DNA of 63,913 nucleotides, counting the filler, from Acidimicrobiia bacterium (GTDB lineage: Bacteria > Actinomycetota > Acidimicrobiia > Spongiisociales > JAENVV01): the NCBI GenBank assembly GCA_041577335.1. It is 3 parts of 3 records of this genome, joined end to end, with 100 filler letters (N's around TTAATTAATTAA, not from the genome) between each part and the next. Parts side by side here need not be neighbours in the genome. Positions count along the whole stretch, not along the records: positions 1 to 23,718 come from JBFGJH010000053.1; 2 more parts are not named here. The stretch is one strand, 5' to 3'. Positions within the stretch are counted from its first letter, which is position 1. Each line of letters starts with the position of its first letter. The translations under genes were made by a program, and so were the position numbers. The notes beneath the pieces were generated by a model. It had not been told where the DNA came from. It ran no database searches and was given only the letters and a program-made list of their open reading frames with translations. This document shows positions 10,595-21,529 of the stretch, in pieces.

Positions 10595-12331
10595 TCAGGC
10601 GTTCCAGGTCCACTCTCCAATGTTCCACGTGATCAGCTCTTGCTGGCCAAGCGGCTGGATGCCGGATACGCCGGTGTTGCTGGCGACGATCACGTCTGGC
10701 CAATTCATCACAACAACGTCAGGATCCTGGTTCAGAATCTTGAACGCCTCGTGGTAGATCGGGGCGCGCGCTTCGGGGCCAACGGCTTCGAGACCGGCTG
10801 CCCAGAGCGCATCCAGATCCGGGTTGCAGTACCAGGACAGGTTCGCACCGTTCGGGTAGAAGCGGTCGCACGAGTTGTAGGGCGAGACCTGGCTCGGGTC
10901 CGCCGTGAAGTGAGCGCCGCGATTGATGAACATTTGGAATTCGTCGCGTCTGCCTTCTTGGCGGCCACCGACATCGAGCAGGGTTCCGACGTCGGTCGAG
11001 AGGATGTCGGTCTTGATGCCAACAGCCTCGAACGCTCCCTGAATGATGACTGCCTCCGTGCTGCGGACCCGGTCCTGTCCGCCGATATTCATCAGCGTGA
11101 TGCGGTTGTTCTCGTCCCATCCGGCCTCGGCCAGCAATTCACGCGCCCTGTCCGGGTTGTACTCATAGATCGTCAGCTCGGAATCCGGCGGGATCGCCCA
11201 CGCCGGGCTCAGCAACCGGACCTGATTCCAGGTGACCTTGCAGAATCCCAGTAGGACCTCTTGACACAGACCGTCGAGATCCAAGGCGTAGATCATCGCC
11301 TGGCGAACCCTTGGGTCCTCCATCAGCGGATCATCGACGGAGAACTGCAGGACCTCGGGCCAGACGCCCGGCGTGCTCTGCACGTTCAGGTTGTCGAGCT
11401 CGCGGAGGCGGGCCGCCTCAAGCGGCGCGACCTGCGCGGAAACGTGTAGGTCGCCCGTTTCGAGCTGTGCCGATGCAACGTCCGTCTGCAGGAAACTGAG
11501 TCGCACATTCTCGAAGGCCGGCGGGTCGGGCCACAGTGGGTCGCGGGTGAGCTCGACGAACTGATCACGCTCCCAACGCACCATCGTGTACGGCCCCATC
11601 GTTACGGGCGTGTCGTTGAAGTACTCCGTCGTTGCCAGCTCGTCGATCGACATCGAGCCCAGCACGTGCTCGGGCAGCATCGAGATGATGTGGCCCTGGG
11701 CGGCCAGGATCGTCAGCCAGGACGCGTTGGGACCCGCAAGAGTGACCTCGAGCGTGTTGTCATCGGGTGCCGCCAAACCGGCGGGCACGTCACCCTCGCC
11801 CTGTCCGAGTACCCCGCCGATGCGTCCGGCCCACAGGCTCAAGTCGGAATTGAGATACCGGGCCATGCTGAACACCGCGTCCTCGGATGTGAAGGGTTCG
11901 CCGTCGCTCCAGGACAGGTCGTCGCGCAGATTGAACGTCCAGGTCAGACCGTCGTCGCTCACGCTCCATGACGTCGCGGCAGCGCCTGTCACTGCGTTGT
12001 CTGGACCGAGGAAGACGAGCGGTTGATAGATGATCCCGGTAACAGTCGCTCGTCCGATTCCACTAGAGAGGAACGGGTTGAGAGTCACAAACTCCGCTAC
12101 GTGAACGTTGAGCGTGTCGGGGATGGGAGTCCCCGGCGGAGCCGTGTCCGGCGGCTCCGTCGTTGTCTGAGCCGGAGCCGCCGTCGTTGTCGTTGCGGCC
12201 GGCGCCGCGGTCGTCGTGGCCGCAGCTGCCTGTGTGGTCGTGGTGTCACCGTCCGACGAATCGCAAGCTGCCCCGACAAGGGCCAACGCGAACAGGGCGA
12301 CCAACCACCTCTTGATGGACAAACCTCGCAT
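10595..12331 (-). CDS. ABC transporter family-5 solute-binding lipoprotein
   Basis: Lipobox VGAAC, Thr/Ala-rich linker, SWSVSDDGLTWTFNLR..WSDGEPFTSED, DPRVRQAM. Confidence 0.95.
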   Translation of the reverse strand: MRGLSIKRWLVALFALALVGAACDSSDGDTTTTQAAAATTTAAPAATTTTAAPAQTTTEPPDTAPPGTPIPDTLNVHVAEFVTLNPFLSSGIGRATVTGIIYQPLVFLGPDNAVTGAAATSWSVSDDGLTWTFNLRDDLSWSDGEPFTSEDAVFSMARYLNSDLSLWAGRIGGVLGQGEGDVPAGLAAPDDNTLEVTLAGPNASWLTILAAQGHIISMLPEHVLGSMSIDELATTEYFNDTPVTMGPYTMVRWERDQFVELTRDPLWPDPPAFENVRLSFLQTDVASAQLETGDLHVSAQVAPLEAARLRELDNLNVQSTPGVWPEVLQFSVDDPLMEDPRVRQAMIYALDLDGLCQEVLLGFCKVTWNQVRLLSPAWAIPPDSELTIYEYNPDRARELLAEAGWDENNRITLMNIGGQDRVRSTEAVIIQGAFEAVGIKTDILSTDVGTLLDVGGRQEGRRDEFQMFINRGAHFTADPSQVSPYNSCDRFYPNGANLSWYCNPDLDALWAAGLEAVGPEARAPIYHEAFKILNQDPDVVVMNWPDVIVASNTGVSGIQPLGQQELITWNIGEWTWNA

Positions 12332-12497
12332 GCCTTCAACTCCCTCGTTAGCGATGGAAGCTCCTGAGAAGCACCCCGAGCCGTGACGGTGGAGCTTCCG
12401 AGCAGCGGTCCTGATGCGACTCTAAACCCTCGAACGGTTGAAACGCGAATGTTCTTGTCTAATTACTTAGTGGCACAGAATCACGATTCGGCGTCCT

Positions 12498-14561
12498 CTA
12501 GACGGCGCTGGGCGATGCACGATCTTCGAGCTTCTCCCCGCTGGCGAGGGGGAAGTGACAAGCCGCCCAATGCCCCGTGTCCAGTTCTACCAGCGGAGGT
12601 GCTTGCGTGCGACACACATCCTGAGCGATCGGGCATCGCGGGTGAAAGCGGCACCCAGACGGGACCTGTGACGGGTCCGGGACGTCTCCTTCCAGGAGGA
12701 TCCTCTCTCGGGAGCGTGCCAACAACGGGTCCGGCAAGGGTATCGCGGACATCAGCGACTGCGTGTACGGGTGGGCGGGGCTCTCGTATAGGTCGTCGCG
12801 ATCTGCCGACTCGACGACCTCCCCCAGGTACATGACCAGGACTCGGTCCGAGACGTGTCGCACAACCGCGAGATCGTGCGCGATGAAAACGTACGTGACG
12901 TTGAATTTCGACTGGAGCTCGCTGAGCATGTTCAGGACTTGGGCCTGCACGGAGACGTCGAGCGCCGACACGGGCTCATCGAGGATCAAGAGGCCTGGGT
13001 CGAGCGCGAGAGAACGGGCGATTCCGATCCTTTGCCGCTGACCCCCGGAAAACTCATGGGGATACCGCGATGCATGCTCCTTGGCGAGGCCCACGTCGCC
13101 GAGCAGGTCGATGACTCGCTTCCTCGAGTCCTTGCGCGACCAGCCCTGAACCCGCAGCGGCTCAGCAATCACCTCCTGGACCGTCATTCTCGGATTGAGC
13201 GATGCGTACGGGTCTTGAAATACGAGCTGCATTTCTCTGCGCAGCTCTCGCATCCGTTTCGGTTTGGCCATCGTCAAATCCTCGCCTCGATAGCGGACCG
13301 AGCCCGACGTCGGCTCGACCATCCGCAGGATGCAGCGCGCCAGAGTTGTCTTCCCGCTGCCGCTCTCGCCGACGATGCCCAGCGACTCCTGAGGGTCGAC
13401 GTGCAGGCTCACTCCGTCGACCGCTCGCACCACGCGTCCGTCACCGCGCAGCACCCCCTTGCGAACTGCGAAGTGTTTGACCAGATTCTCGACCTCGAGC
13501 AGCGGCTGCTCCGTCGGCGAGGCCGAAGCTTCCGATGTGGCGGCGGCTCTGGACTCCACAAAGGTCGCACCGGGATCCATGTCGCTTGCGAAGTGGCAGC
13601 GACTGCTGTGGTCCGGACCGACAGGCTCGAGCTGCGGCATGGAGGTTTGGCATATGTCCTGGGCGAAGTCGCAACGAGGTGCAAAAACGCACCCCACCGG
13701 CGAGAAGATGGCGTTGGGCGGCGCGCCGCGAATCAAGTGGAGCTTGGCGGAGCGCTGATCCGATCGCGGAATGGAGCTCATGAGGCCCAACGTGTACGGG
13801 TTCTGACTCCGGTAGAAGATCTCCTCCGTCGTCCCTGCTTCGAACGTCATTCCGCCGTACATCACCCGAACCTTGTCGGAGTGCTCCGCAACGAGCCCGA
13901 GGTCGTGGGTGATGAGGACCATGGCGGCCCCTGTTGCTGCGCGAGCGGCTTCGAGCGCTTCCATCACCTGAGCCTGGATAGTCACGTCCAGGGCGGTGGT
14001 TGGCTCGTCTGCGATCAACACGCTGGGATTGTTGGCGATGGCGATCGCAATCATGGCTCGCTGGCGCATGCCGCCCGACATCTCATGGGGGAAGCTGAGG
14101 ACTCGGTCCTTCGGAGCTGCGATGCCGACGACATCGAGCAGTTCAACGGCTCGGGCTTCGGCCGCCTTCGTCGTGACGTCACGGTCGTGAGCCCGCAGCG
14201 CCTCCACGATTTGGTTACCCACGGTGAATACCGGGTCGAGCGACGTCATCGCATCCTGGAAGACCATGGCGATCTCCTTGCCGCGAATCCGGCGCATCTC
14301 TCGGTCTCGCAGGCCAAGCAGCTCGCGGCCGCGAAGCCGCACCGAGCCGGAGACTTCAGCCTCTGGAATCAACAGTCCCATGGCGGCGAGCGCCGTGACC
14401 GACTTGCCGGACCCAGACTCGCCGACAATTGCCAGCGTCTCGCCAGCGTTGATGTCGAAGCTGAGACCGTTGACGGCGTATACGGTTACTTAGGTGGTGG
14501 GTAAACGGACCCGCAGGTCCCTCACGGCGAGCAGCGGAGCTTCTTGCGACGGCTGGGTCAA
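12498..14561 (-). pseudogene. Fused double ABC ATPase (OppD/OppF-like) with an in-frame TAA at codon 24
   Basis: TTG start at 14561 after AGGAG: MTQPSQEAPLLAVRDLRVRLPTT*VTVYAVNGLSF...GESGSGKS. Stop at 14490-14492. The rest is intact, with two Walker A motifs and SGGMRQR/SGGQRQR signatures. Confidence 0.8.
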
Positions 14562-14639
14562 GCTGTCTCTCCTACCGTGGTCACGGGCTCAATAGTTCAA
14601 GAAGCTTAACCAATTGGCGAATGACACAGGGGGGCGCCC

Positions 14640-15065
14640 TCAGCCGGATTCGTCTAGGCGGCGAGTTATCAGCTCGTCGGGGCGCAGGGCGATGATCACA
14701 CGCCGCGCCGGATTGCCAAAGATGCGAGCCATATGAGCAGCTGCTTGTTCCGGTCGACCTGGGTAGTACTTGGCAACAATCGGCGCAGTCTCGCTTCGAA
14801 CCTGATCAACCCGAAGCTCAGCCGATCCGTATGCGACGACCATACGACCACTGTCCGGCTCATCGACACAGACAGAGCATCGCGGATCTCGCTTCAGGTT
14901 CCACCACTTAGCGGTGCTCGTAACGGTGGACATCACGAACTCGCCCTCGTTCCACAGATACCACAGCGGCGAGGCCTGTGGCGACCCATCCCTACGCAAC
15001 GTGCCGAGGACCAAGTTGGGCATTCGCTCGAGGAATGACTGCGTCTCGTCACCCGGCCGAATCAT
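14640..15065 (-). CDS. PPOX-class F420-dependent oxidoreductase / pyridoxamine 5'-phosphate oxidase-like protein
   Basis: LGTLRRDGSPQASPLWY...K..NLKRDPRCSVCV. Confidence 0.88.
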   Translation of the reverse strand: MIRPGDETQSFLERMPNLVLGTLRRDGSPQASPLWYLWNEGEFVMSTVTSTAKWWNLKRDPRCSVCVDEPDSGRMVVAYGSAELRVDQVRSETAPIVAKYYPGRPEQAAAHMARIFGNPARRVIIALRPDELITRRLDESG

Positions 15066-16204
15066 CGGGTAGCTCCGACGCGTGTCGTTGCTGCTACAGC
15101 ACGCACGTGATCCTCGTCGATTTCGATTCCAAGCCCGGGCGACGTTGGAATCGCGATGCGACCATCGACGACCTCGTGCGGCTCCCGAAGCAGAGATTCG
15201 CGCCAGGGACTGTCATCCACGCCGTACTCGAGCAGCGGCTCCATCGTCGCTGGTGAACGCGTTCGGTCCGGCATGCAGGCAATCGCCTGCATGGCAGCCG
15301 CGATCCCAATGGCCGAGTTCGAGGTATGCGGTGTGGTCACAATGCCGTGGAGCGCTGCCAATTCGGACAGCCACAGTACCTCGCCGACTCCGCCGCAGAT
15401 GACGGGATCCGGCTGCACGATTTGAATGGCATGCCTGGCAAGAAGCAGCTCTGCATCGGCGCGGGTGATCAACGCCTCACCTCCGGCGAGCGGTACGTCG
15501 AGCATTGCGGCCAGCCGGTCGTATCCGATATACCGGCCCCGCTGTTCCATCGGTTCTTCGTACCAGCGGAACCCAAGCGACTCCATCACGCGACCCATTC
15601 GCACCGCTTCGCCAAACGTGTATGCGGCATTGCCGTCGGCCATCATCTGGAAGCCATCCGGCACATCTTCCCGGATCTGTTCGAGGAGCGGTGCCTCCTC
15701 CTCGATGGGATAGCGGCCGACTCGCCACTTCATGGCTGTGAATCCGGCATCTCTGATGCGTGCAACCTCGTCGAACCAGGTGTCGGCCGGCCTTTTACCC
15801 TCGATATAGCCACCGCTAGCCGCGTAGCGTTCGATGTCGCGGCGAAGCGGCCCGCCGTACATCTCCGCAATCGATGTCCCGAGGCGCCGAGCAGCCAGAT
15901 CCTCGAGAGCGATCGCGATAGCCGACGACGCAAAACCGCCGCCTTCGAGGCCGCCGGCAACCCATCTGGCCTGCCGCATGTGACCGCGCAACGACTGGTC
16001 GGCGCCTATCAGCGATGTCGCCACGTCACAGACTGTCGACATCACCCCGGGAGTGCGGTACGTCTCGCCCCACCCGGTAGCACCGTCGACATCCGTCAGC
16101 TTGAGCAGGACGTAGGCGTGCTCGGAGCTGTACGCGATCGACGGGCCGGTTCGTGGATCAAGTTGGTGGGTGACTTCGAAACATTCGACTCTTGCGATCT
16201 TCAT
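15062..16204 (-). CDS. Mandelate racemase/muconate lactonizing enzyme family (enolase superfamily)
   Basis: GATGWGE, MKWRVG, ADGN, WYEEP, AGGE, VQPD, PH. Confidence 0.9.
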   Translation of the reverse strand: MKIARVECFEVTHQLDPRTGPSIAYSSEHAYVLLKLTDVDGATGWGETYRTPGVMSTVCDVATSLIGADQSLRGHMRQARWVAGGLEGGGFASSAIAIALEDLAARRLGTSIAEMYGGPLRRDIERYAASGGYIEGKRPADTWFDEVARIRDAGFTAMKWRVGRYPIEEEAPLLEQIREDVPDGFQMMADGNAAYTFGEAVRMGRVMESLGFRWYEEPMEQRGRYIGYDRLAAMLDVPLAGGEALITRADAELLLARHAIQIVQPDPVICGGVGEVLWLSELAALHGIVTTPHTSNSAIGIAAAMQAIACMPDRTRSPATMEPLLEYGVDDSPWRESLLREPHEVVDGRIAIPTSPGLGIEIDEDHVRAVAATTRVGATR

Positions 16205-18147
16205 GAACCATCTCCGTCTCTGGGCGGCGCGCTGTGGGTGAGTAGATGCTCTTTGAGGAAGGCGTCGAACGCAGCCAAGCGAGCCATGCGGCGACTCGGA
16301 GTGCCGAGCAGGTTGACGAAGTGACGCTCCTGCGGAATGCGATTGAATCGAACGTCCTTGCCGAGCGATCGCAGGGCGATATACATGGCCTCGCTTTGCG
16401 CGATCGGAACGGTGGTGTCGGCCTCGGCATGGATCAGCAGCAGCGGTGCCTTGATGTGTGCGGCCGACAGGAGCGGCGATGATGCCGTGATGAGCTCCGG
16501 CGAATCCCAGGGCGTCGTTCCCAGTTCATGGTGCCAGAAGTCGAGGCCCATCAGGCCGGTCGCCACGCCGGCCGGGAAGGAGATTCCGTTCTCCGCGATG
16601 CCGGCAACGAAACGAGCGTCGTGGGTCAGTGCCCAGTTCACCATGAATCCGCCGTAGCTTTCCCCAACGATGGCAATGCGGGACTCATCGATGTCCGGCC
16701 GAGCGGAGACCTTGTCGAGAATCTCCTGAAGGTCTGCGAAGTCACGGCCGCCCCAGTCTGCGAGGATTGCGGAGGCGAACTCGCGGCCATAGCCCTGGGC
16801 ACCTCGCGGGTTGGCGCGCAGCATGGCAATGCCGGCGGTAGCGAGGCGCTGTGCATCGAAGGAGAATCTGTTGCCCACCGGGTAGTGGGGACCGCCGTGG
16901 ACCTGGAGGACGAGGGGCCATGGTCGGCCCGACTCCCCAGAAGGCGTCGTGAGCCAGCCCTCGATGGTGATCCCGTCCGACGCCACAACGGATACCGGCA
17001 CGGTCTCTGCCAGCTCTACCGAGGCCAGCCACTCGTCGTTCACCGCGCCGACGGGGCGCTCGCCTGATCCGGTGATGGAGCTGACTGAGATCTCGCCCGG
17101 GTTCGCCGGGTCAGACCAGACGAATGCCAGGTCCTGTCCCTTGGGCGATGTACAGAAGCCGAGGATTGCCCTCTGACCGCCGACGATCTCGGTCCCGCTG
17201 CCATCGAGCCCAAAGCGGAAGACTGCAGAGGACCCGCCGCGTGCATACGCCGCCAGAATCCCGTCGCCGGTCCATGCCAGGTCGGGAGCTCCGCTACCTC
17301 GCTCGTCATCGCCACGCACGACCTGTCCGACGCTGCGGTCGAGACTTGCGGTCAAGGAGCGAGGTGGTGCTCCGCCAGCAACGGGCAGCACGTAGAGCTC
17401 GAGGTTCGCCACATGAGAGGCACCATCTCGATGGCCGATGAATGCAATAGAGTCGCCGCCGGGGCTCCAGGCCACGGCGCGCACGGGGCCGTCGGGAGTA
17501 ACCAACTCAGTTACTTCTCCCGTGGCCACGTCGCTTACCGAAATCGACACAACCTGAGCAGGTGAATCGAGGCGGCGGTCACGACCAGTGAACGCAACGC
17601 GTCGGCCGTCGGGTGACCAAACGAGGTGCTCAACCGCCGTTACGCCCTCGATCGGCAGCCGGGTCGGCGCGCCCCCGTCGACAGAACACAGCCAGAAATC
17701 GTCCTGGCTCGAGCCACGCAGATCCTCGAGGCTCTCGACTTCCCTCATCCGAAGGCTTTCAGTTGCCGGCTGCCGGTTGGTGACGACCACTGCGTGACGT
17801 CCGTCTGGTGACAAGTCAAACAGCCTCACCCCTTCGGGTGAGCCCGGCAATGGCGCAATTGACCCACTCTCTTCCACTACGGCTAGACCGGTGCCCGCAA
17901 TGCATATCAAGCGATCGTCCCGCGACAGCCACCGCGGCATACGAAGGTCGTGCTGACTATCCACCGCGACGGTGGAACCCGACCTGCAGTCCAACAGGTG
18001 GAGCCGATATGTGACTCGGTCGGCGGCGGCGTCTGGCCCCGACACCACGTACGCAAGTCGGGCTCCGTCGGCGCTGAGATCCGGTTCCATCGGCCATCGG
18101 ATCGCGACCAGATCGTCTCGCCTGACGCCGCGCCTCTCGGAGATCAC
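16201..18147 (-). CDS. S9 family peptidase (beta-propeller plus prolyl oligopeptidase/acylaminoacyl peptidase domain)
   Basis: WSPDG repeats, VHGGPH, GESYGG, HAEAD, ERH; GTG start overlaps the upstream stop. Confidence 0.92.
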   Translation of the reverse strand: MISERRGVRRDDLVAIRWPMEPDLSADGARLAYVVSGPDAAADRVTYRLHLLDCRSGSTVAVDSQHDLRMPRWLSRDDRLICIAGTGLAVVEESGSIAPLPGSPEGVRLFDLSPDGRHAVVVTNRQPATESLRMREVESLEDLRGSSQDDFWLCSVDGGAPTRLPIEGVTAVEHLVWSPDGRRVAFTGRDRRLDSPAQVVSISVSDVATGEVTELVTPDGPVRAVAWSPGGDSIAFIGHRDGASHVANLELYVLPVAGGAPPRSLTASLDRSVGQVVRGDDERGSGAPDLAWTGDGILAAYARGGSSAVFRFGLDGSGTEIVGGQRAILGFCTSPKGQDLAFVWSDPANPGEISVSSITGSGERPVGAVNDEWLASVELAETVPVSVVASDGITIEGWLTTPSGESGRPWPLVLQVHGGPHYPVGNRFSFDAQRLATAGIAMLRANPRGAQGYGREFASAILADWGGRDFADLQEILDKVSARPDIDESRIAIVGESYGGFMVNWALTHDARFVAGIAENGISFPAGVATGLMGLDFWHHELGTTPWDSPELITASSPLLSAAHIKAPLLLIHAEADTTVPIAQSEAMYIALRSLGKDVRFNRIPQERHFVNLLGTPSRRMARLAAFDAFLKEHLLTHSAPPRDGDGS

Positions 18148-19283
18148 GGTTCTTGGGTGGGGTCGGCGGCGCCTCCTGTTGGATAACAAAGTAGAACCGT
18201 CAGGGGGCGATTTGAGCCCCGCAACATGTCATAGGCGTCGGCAGCCTGATCGATCGTCACGGGTTCCGGGGCAAAGCCTGCCAGCGATACGGCTCCGTCG
18301 CTGACCAGACGCAGGAAATGCTCTGCGTTGCGGTTTCCGGTCCAGCGGGCCATCCCGATGGGAAAATCAGTATTCCCTTCCTCATAAACCGGGTCGTAGC
18401 GACCGACTCCATATCCGATCGCCGGGTGTAGCGAAACCTGGTTGGCGTACAGCCGACCCCGATCTATCTCCCACCCGAAGAGGCCTTGGGCAATCACTCG
18501 CGCACCTTGACGACACATGTCGAATGCGAGGTTCAGGGGTTCACTCGATTCAGTCTTGATCCCGAGGACCACGGCGTCCGCTCCAAACCCATCGGTGAGA
18601 CCCCGCACTTCTCGAGCTACGTCCACCTCGGCCGGATTGAAGACGTGCTTCACTCCGAGCCGGCGGGCGAAGTCGAGTCGATCTTCGTCGATGTCGAGGC
18701 CGATAATCCGCAGACCGGCAACCCGACCCATTTGAGCCGCGAGCAGACCGAGCAAGCCCAACCCGTAGAGCACGACCGTCTCTCCGAATTGGCAGCGTGT
18801 ATCTCGGAGCCCCGTCATGGCTACGGCGCCGAGAGTCACGAATGCGGCATCCTCCAGAGCCATGTCGGAGGGAACACGGGCTACGAGATTGCGCGGCACC
18901 GCGACCACCTCAGCGTGATGCGAACACTGCGATCCGGAGCATGCCACGACATCACCAGGCTCGAGGTCGACCACGTCTTCATGGACTGCAATAACGGTCC
19001 CGGCCAGGCTGTAGCCGACGGCGTGGTATTCGGGATCGGGCGAGCGCGGGAGCGGATGCCGAGTAGCGATATCAGAGCGGATCTTCGGCCACCGCGGCGG
19101 ATTGGACGGATACTCCTTGACTTCGTAGTCGGGATCGGCAGTACCGTCGATTATCCACAGCTCGGTGCCGGCACTTATGGCGGAAAAGGCAGTCTGGACA
19201 AGTACTTCGCCTGGGCGAAGGGTCGGCGCGTCGACATCACGCACTACTGCCTTCCCCTGATGGGCGAACACTCGCTTCATCAA
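18144..19283 (-). CDS. Zinc-binding (MDR) dehydrogenase-like oxidoreductase
   Basis: SAISAGTE, GYSLAG, GLGLLGLL NAD-binding motif, GRYDPVYEEG. Confidence 0.85.
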   Translation of the reverse strand: MMKRVFAHQGKAVVRDVDAPTLRPGEVLVQTAFSAISAGTELWIIDGTADPDYEVKEYPSNPPRWPKIRSDIATRHPLPRSPDPEYHAVGYSLAGTVIAVHEDVVDLEPGDVVACSGSQCSHHAEVVAVPRNLVARVPSDMALEDAAFVTLGAVAMTGLRDTRCQFGETVVLYGLGLLGLLAAQMGRVAGLRIIGLDIDEDRLDFARRLGVKHVFNPAEVDVAREVRGLTDGFGADAVVLGIKTESSEPLNLAFDMCRQGARVIAQGLFGWEIDRGRLYANQVSLHPAIGYGVGRYDPVYEEGNTDFPIGMARWTGNRNAEHFLRLVSDGAVSLAGFAPEPVTIDQAADAYDMLRGSNRPLTVLLCYPTGGAADPTQEP

Positions 19284-19458
19284 TGTGCTCCTAAGCGTCG
19301 CAGTGCCATCGGTGATTGCCGCACTAGAACTGCGTGATTGCGACCCGCGGCAGACTTGTGCTGGCAGCCGTTAATGTCAAATGTTGTGATGAATTGCGCT
19401 CAAACCGGCTCACAGCGATGCGTGTCAGGACTCGTTCCCCTAGGTCGAGGTCGACCAG

Positions 19459-20421
19459 TTGGCTGAGAGACCCTTGGTCACCGTGGTCGATCCGCTCACT
19501 TGGTCACACGGCTGGAGCTACGCGGTGGAAGACGAGATTCTGTCGGCGGCCGATATCGACCTCATAATCCCGAGCGATGAGGCCGAGCGGGATCGGCTGA
19601 TAGCAGTCGCCGACGTTGTGATCTCGAGCAGCCTGATCACAATCGACGACTCGTGGATTGCCCGCATGGAACGATGCCGGGCAATCCTCTGCTACAGCGC
19701 CGGCATGGATGCCGTGGATACAAAGGCTGCTGCCGCAGCCGGAATTCTGGTTGGCAACGTCAACGCCAGTACTGATGACGTCGCCGATCACACGATGATG
19801 CTGCTGCTGGCAGCAGAACGCCAGTTGGGAGCGATGATGGCGGCAACCGCGACCGGGCAGTGGGACCTCACCGCCATTCCGGAGGTCCTCACGATCCGCC
19901 GCCTCCGCGGGCAGGTGCTCGGCATAGTGGGGACGGGATTGATAGGACGGGCAACCGCCGTCCGCGCCCGCGCCTTTGGTTTCCGCACGATCGGCACCCG
20001 GAGGCGCCTCAGCGAAGCCGTCGATCCGGACCTTCCCATCGTCTCACTCGATGAACTCTGCAGAACGAGCGATGCGATCGCCGTGTGCGCTTCGCTTTCT
20101 GACGAGTCTCGCCAATTGATCGGTCGCCACGAGTTTGCGCTCATGAAGCCCGGCACGATCTTTGTGAACGCTGCGCGGGGCGGTCTGGTCGACGAAGAGG
20201 CACTCGCTGATGCGCTCGACAGCGGGCAAGTCGGTGTCGCCGCACTCGACGTGCGCGACCCAGAGCCACCCGTAGTGGTGAACGATCGCCTCGGAGGCAG
20301 GACTGACGTGATCAGCACGCCGCACATGGCTGCTGCGTCTGACGGTTCGCGCGCGGACCTCCACCGCCTCGCCGCCGAGAACGTCATTGCGATGCTGGCG
20401 TCGATCAACCGCCGACGCTGA
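19459..20421 (+). CDS. D-isomer-specific 2-hydroxyacid dehydrogenase
   Basis: GIVGTGLIG, VNAARGGLVDE, ALDV..PEP, TPHMA. Confidence 0.9.
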   Translation: MAERPLVTVVDPLTWSHGWSYAVEDEILSAADIDLIIPSDEAERDRLIAVADVVISSSLITIDDSWIARMERCRAILCYSAGMDAVDTKAAAAAGILVGNVNASTDDVADHTMMLLLAAERQLGAMMAATATGQWDLTAIPEVLTIRRLRGQVLGIVGTGLIGRATAVRARAFGFRTIGTRRRLSEAVDPDLPIVSLDELCRTSDAIAVCASLSDESRQLIGRHEFALMKPGTIFVNAARGGLVDEEALADALDSGQVGVAALDVRDPEPPVVVNDRLGGRTDVISTPHMAAASDGSRADLHRLAAENVIAMLASINRRR

Positions 20422-20489
20422 GGTCAAGGGCAACCGCACGCAGACTCTGACTTCACCGAGCTCGATCAAAGACTAAGGTAAAACATCAA

Positions 20490-20502
20490 TTAGTTTGACT
20501 AA
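20490..20502. promoter_or_regulatory. Candidate FadR/GntR operator
   Basis: Palindrome TTAGT-TTG-ACTAA in an AT-rich intergenic stretch; fits the FadR-subfamily TNGT-N3-ACNA pattern. Confidence 0.45.
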
Positions 20503-20524
20503 ATGGCTCGGGAGGACTCTCGGG

Positions 20525-21529
20525 ATGTCGGGGCTTGTTCCACGGAGTGTTGTCGTGACCGATGCCGCCACGATTCTCGCGCCGGCAATCGAGCACCTGC
20601 GCAGCAACCGGGTGACAGTCACAGTCGTTGCAGAGGGCGCTGACCCGGCCGTGGCTGCGGCTCAGGCTGCAGACAGTCCCGTCGTGATCATCGGCGTGAT
20701 GCCCTTCCGCGACGCTGAGATCGCGACGCTCCGCGAGACGCGCTTGATCATCAGAGCCGGCATCGGCTACGACATGGTTGACATCGACGCGGCTACGTCG
20801 GCCGGAATCCTGGTAGCCAACGTGCCTGACTTCTGCGTTGACGAGGTGGCCGATCACACCATGGCGCTGCTCCTTGCTGCGATGCGTCGCCTTCCGCACG
20901 CGTTGGATGCGTGGCGTCGCCACCACGACTGGCACGTGACGTCGCAGCTTCCACCGCTGCGCCGCCTGCGCGGAAAACGTCTCGGGCTCATTGGATTGGG
21001 TCGCATCGGGCGCCAGGTCGCAGCCAGAGCAGACGGTTTCGGTATGGAGGTAGTCGGCTACGACCCGATGGCCCCCGCCGGCAGTGAAGTTGATGGGGTG
21101 ACGGTGCACGACCTTGACGTAGTGCTCCGAACGAGCGACGCCATCTCACTGCATTGCCCGCTCACATCCGAGACTCAGCACCTCATCAACGATGAGCGTT
21201 TCAGTCTGCTCAAGCGGGGCGCCGTGCTCATCAACACGAGCCGCGGCGGGCTTGTCGACCTCGATGCCCTCTCCAGAGCAGTTGGTATGGGCGTTGTCGG
21301 TGTCGCCGCGTTGGATGTGCTCGATGGCGAACCAACCCCTGATCTTGACAACCCACTGCTAGCCCACGAAAACGTGATCGTGACATCGCATATGGCTTGG
21401 TACTCGGTGGAGGCCAAACATGAGCTCGCGATCAACACGGCCATCGAGGCTTTGCGCTTTCTCGATGGCGAAGAAGTGCGCAATGCCCTGAACTCCGCTG
21501 CGCTCGCCCCCGAAGTCAGCGCCACATGA
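20525..21529 (+). CDS. D-isomer 2-hydroxyacid dehydrogenase (CtBP-like)
   Basis: GIGYDMVD, NVPDFCVDEVADH, GLIGLGRIG, NTSRGG, LDVLDGEP, TSHMAWYS; GGAGG RBS. Confidence 0.92.
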   Translation: MSGLVPRSVVVTDAATILAPAIEHLRSNRVTVTVVAEGADPAVAAAQAADSPVVIIGVMPFRDAEIATLRETRLIIRAGIGYDMVDIDAATSAGILVANVPDFCVDEVADHTMALLLAAMRRLPHALDAWRRHHDWHVTSQLPPLRRLRGKRLGLIGLGRIGRQVAARADGFGMEVVGYDPMAPAGSEVDGVTVHDLDVVLRTSDAISLHCPLTSETQHLINDERFSLLKRGAVLINTSRGGLVDLDALSRAVGMGVVGVAALDVLDGEPTPDLDNPLLAHENVIVTSHMAWYSVEAKHELAINTAIEALRFLDGEEVRNALNSAALAPEVSAT

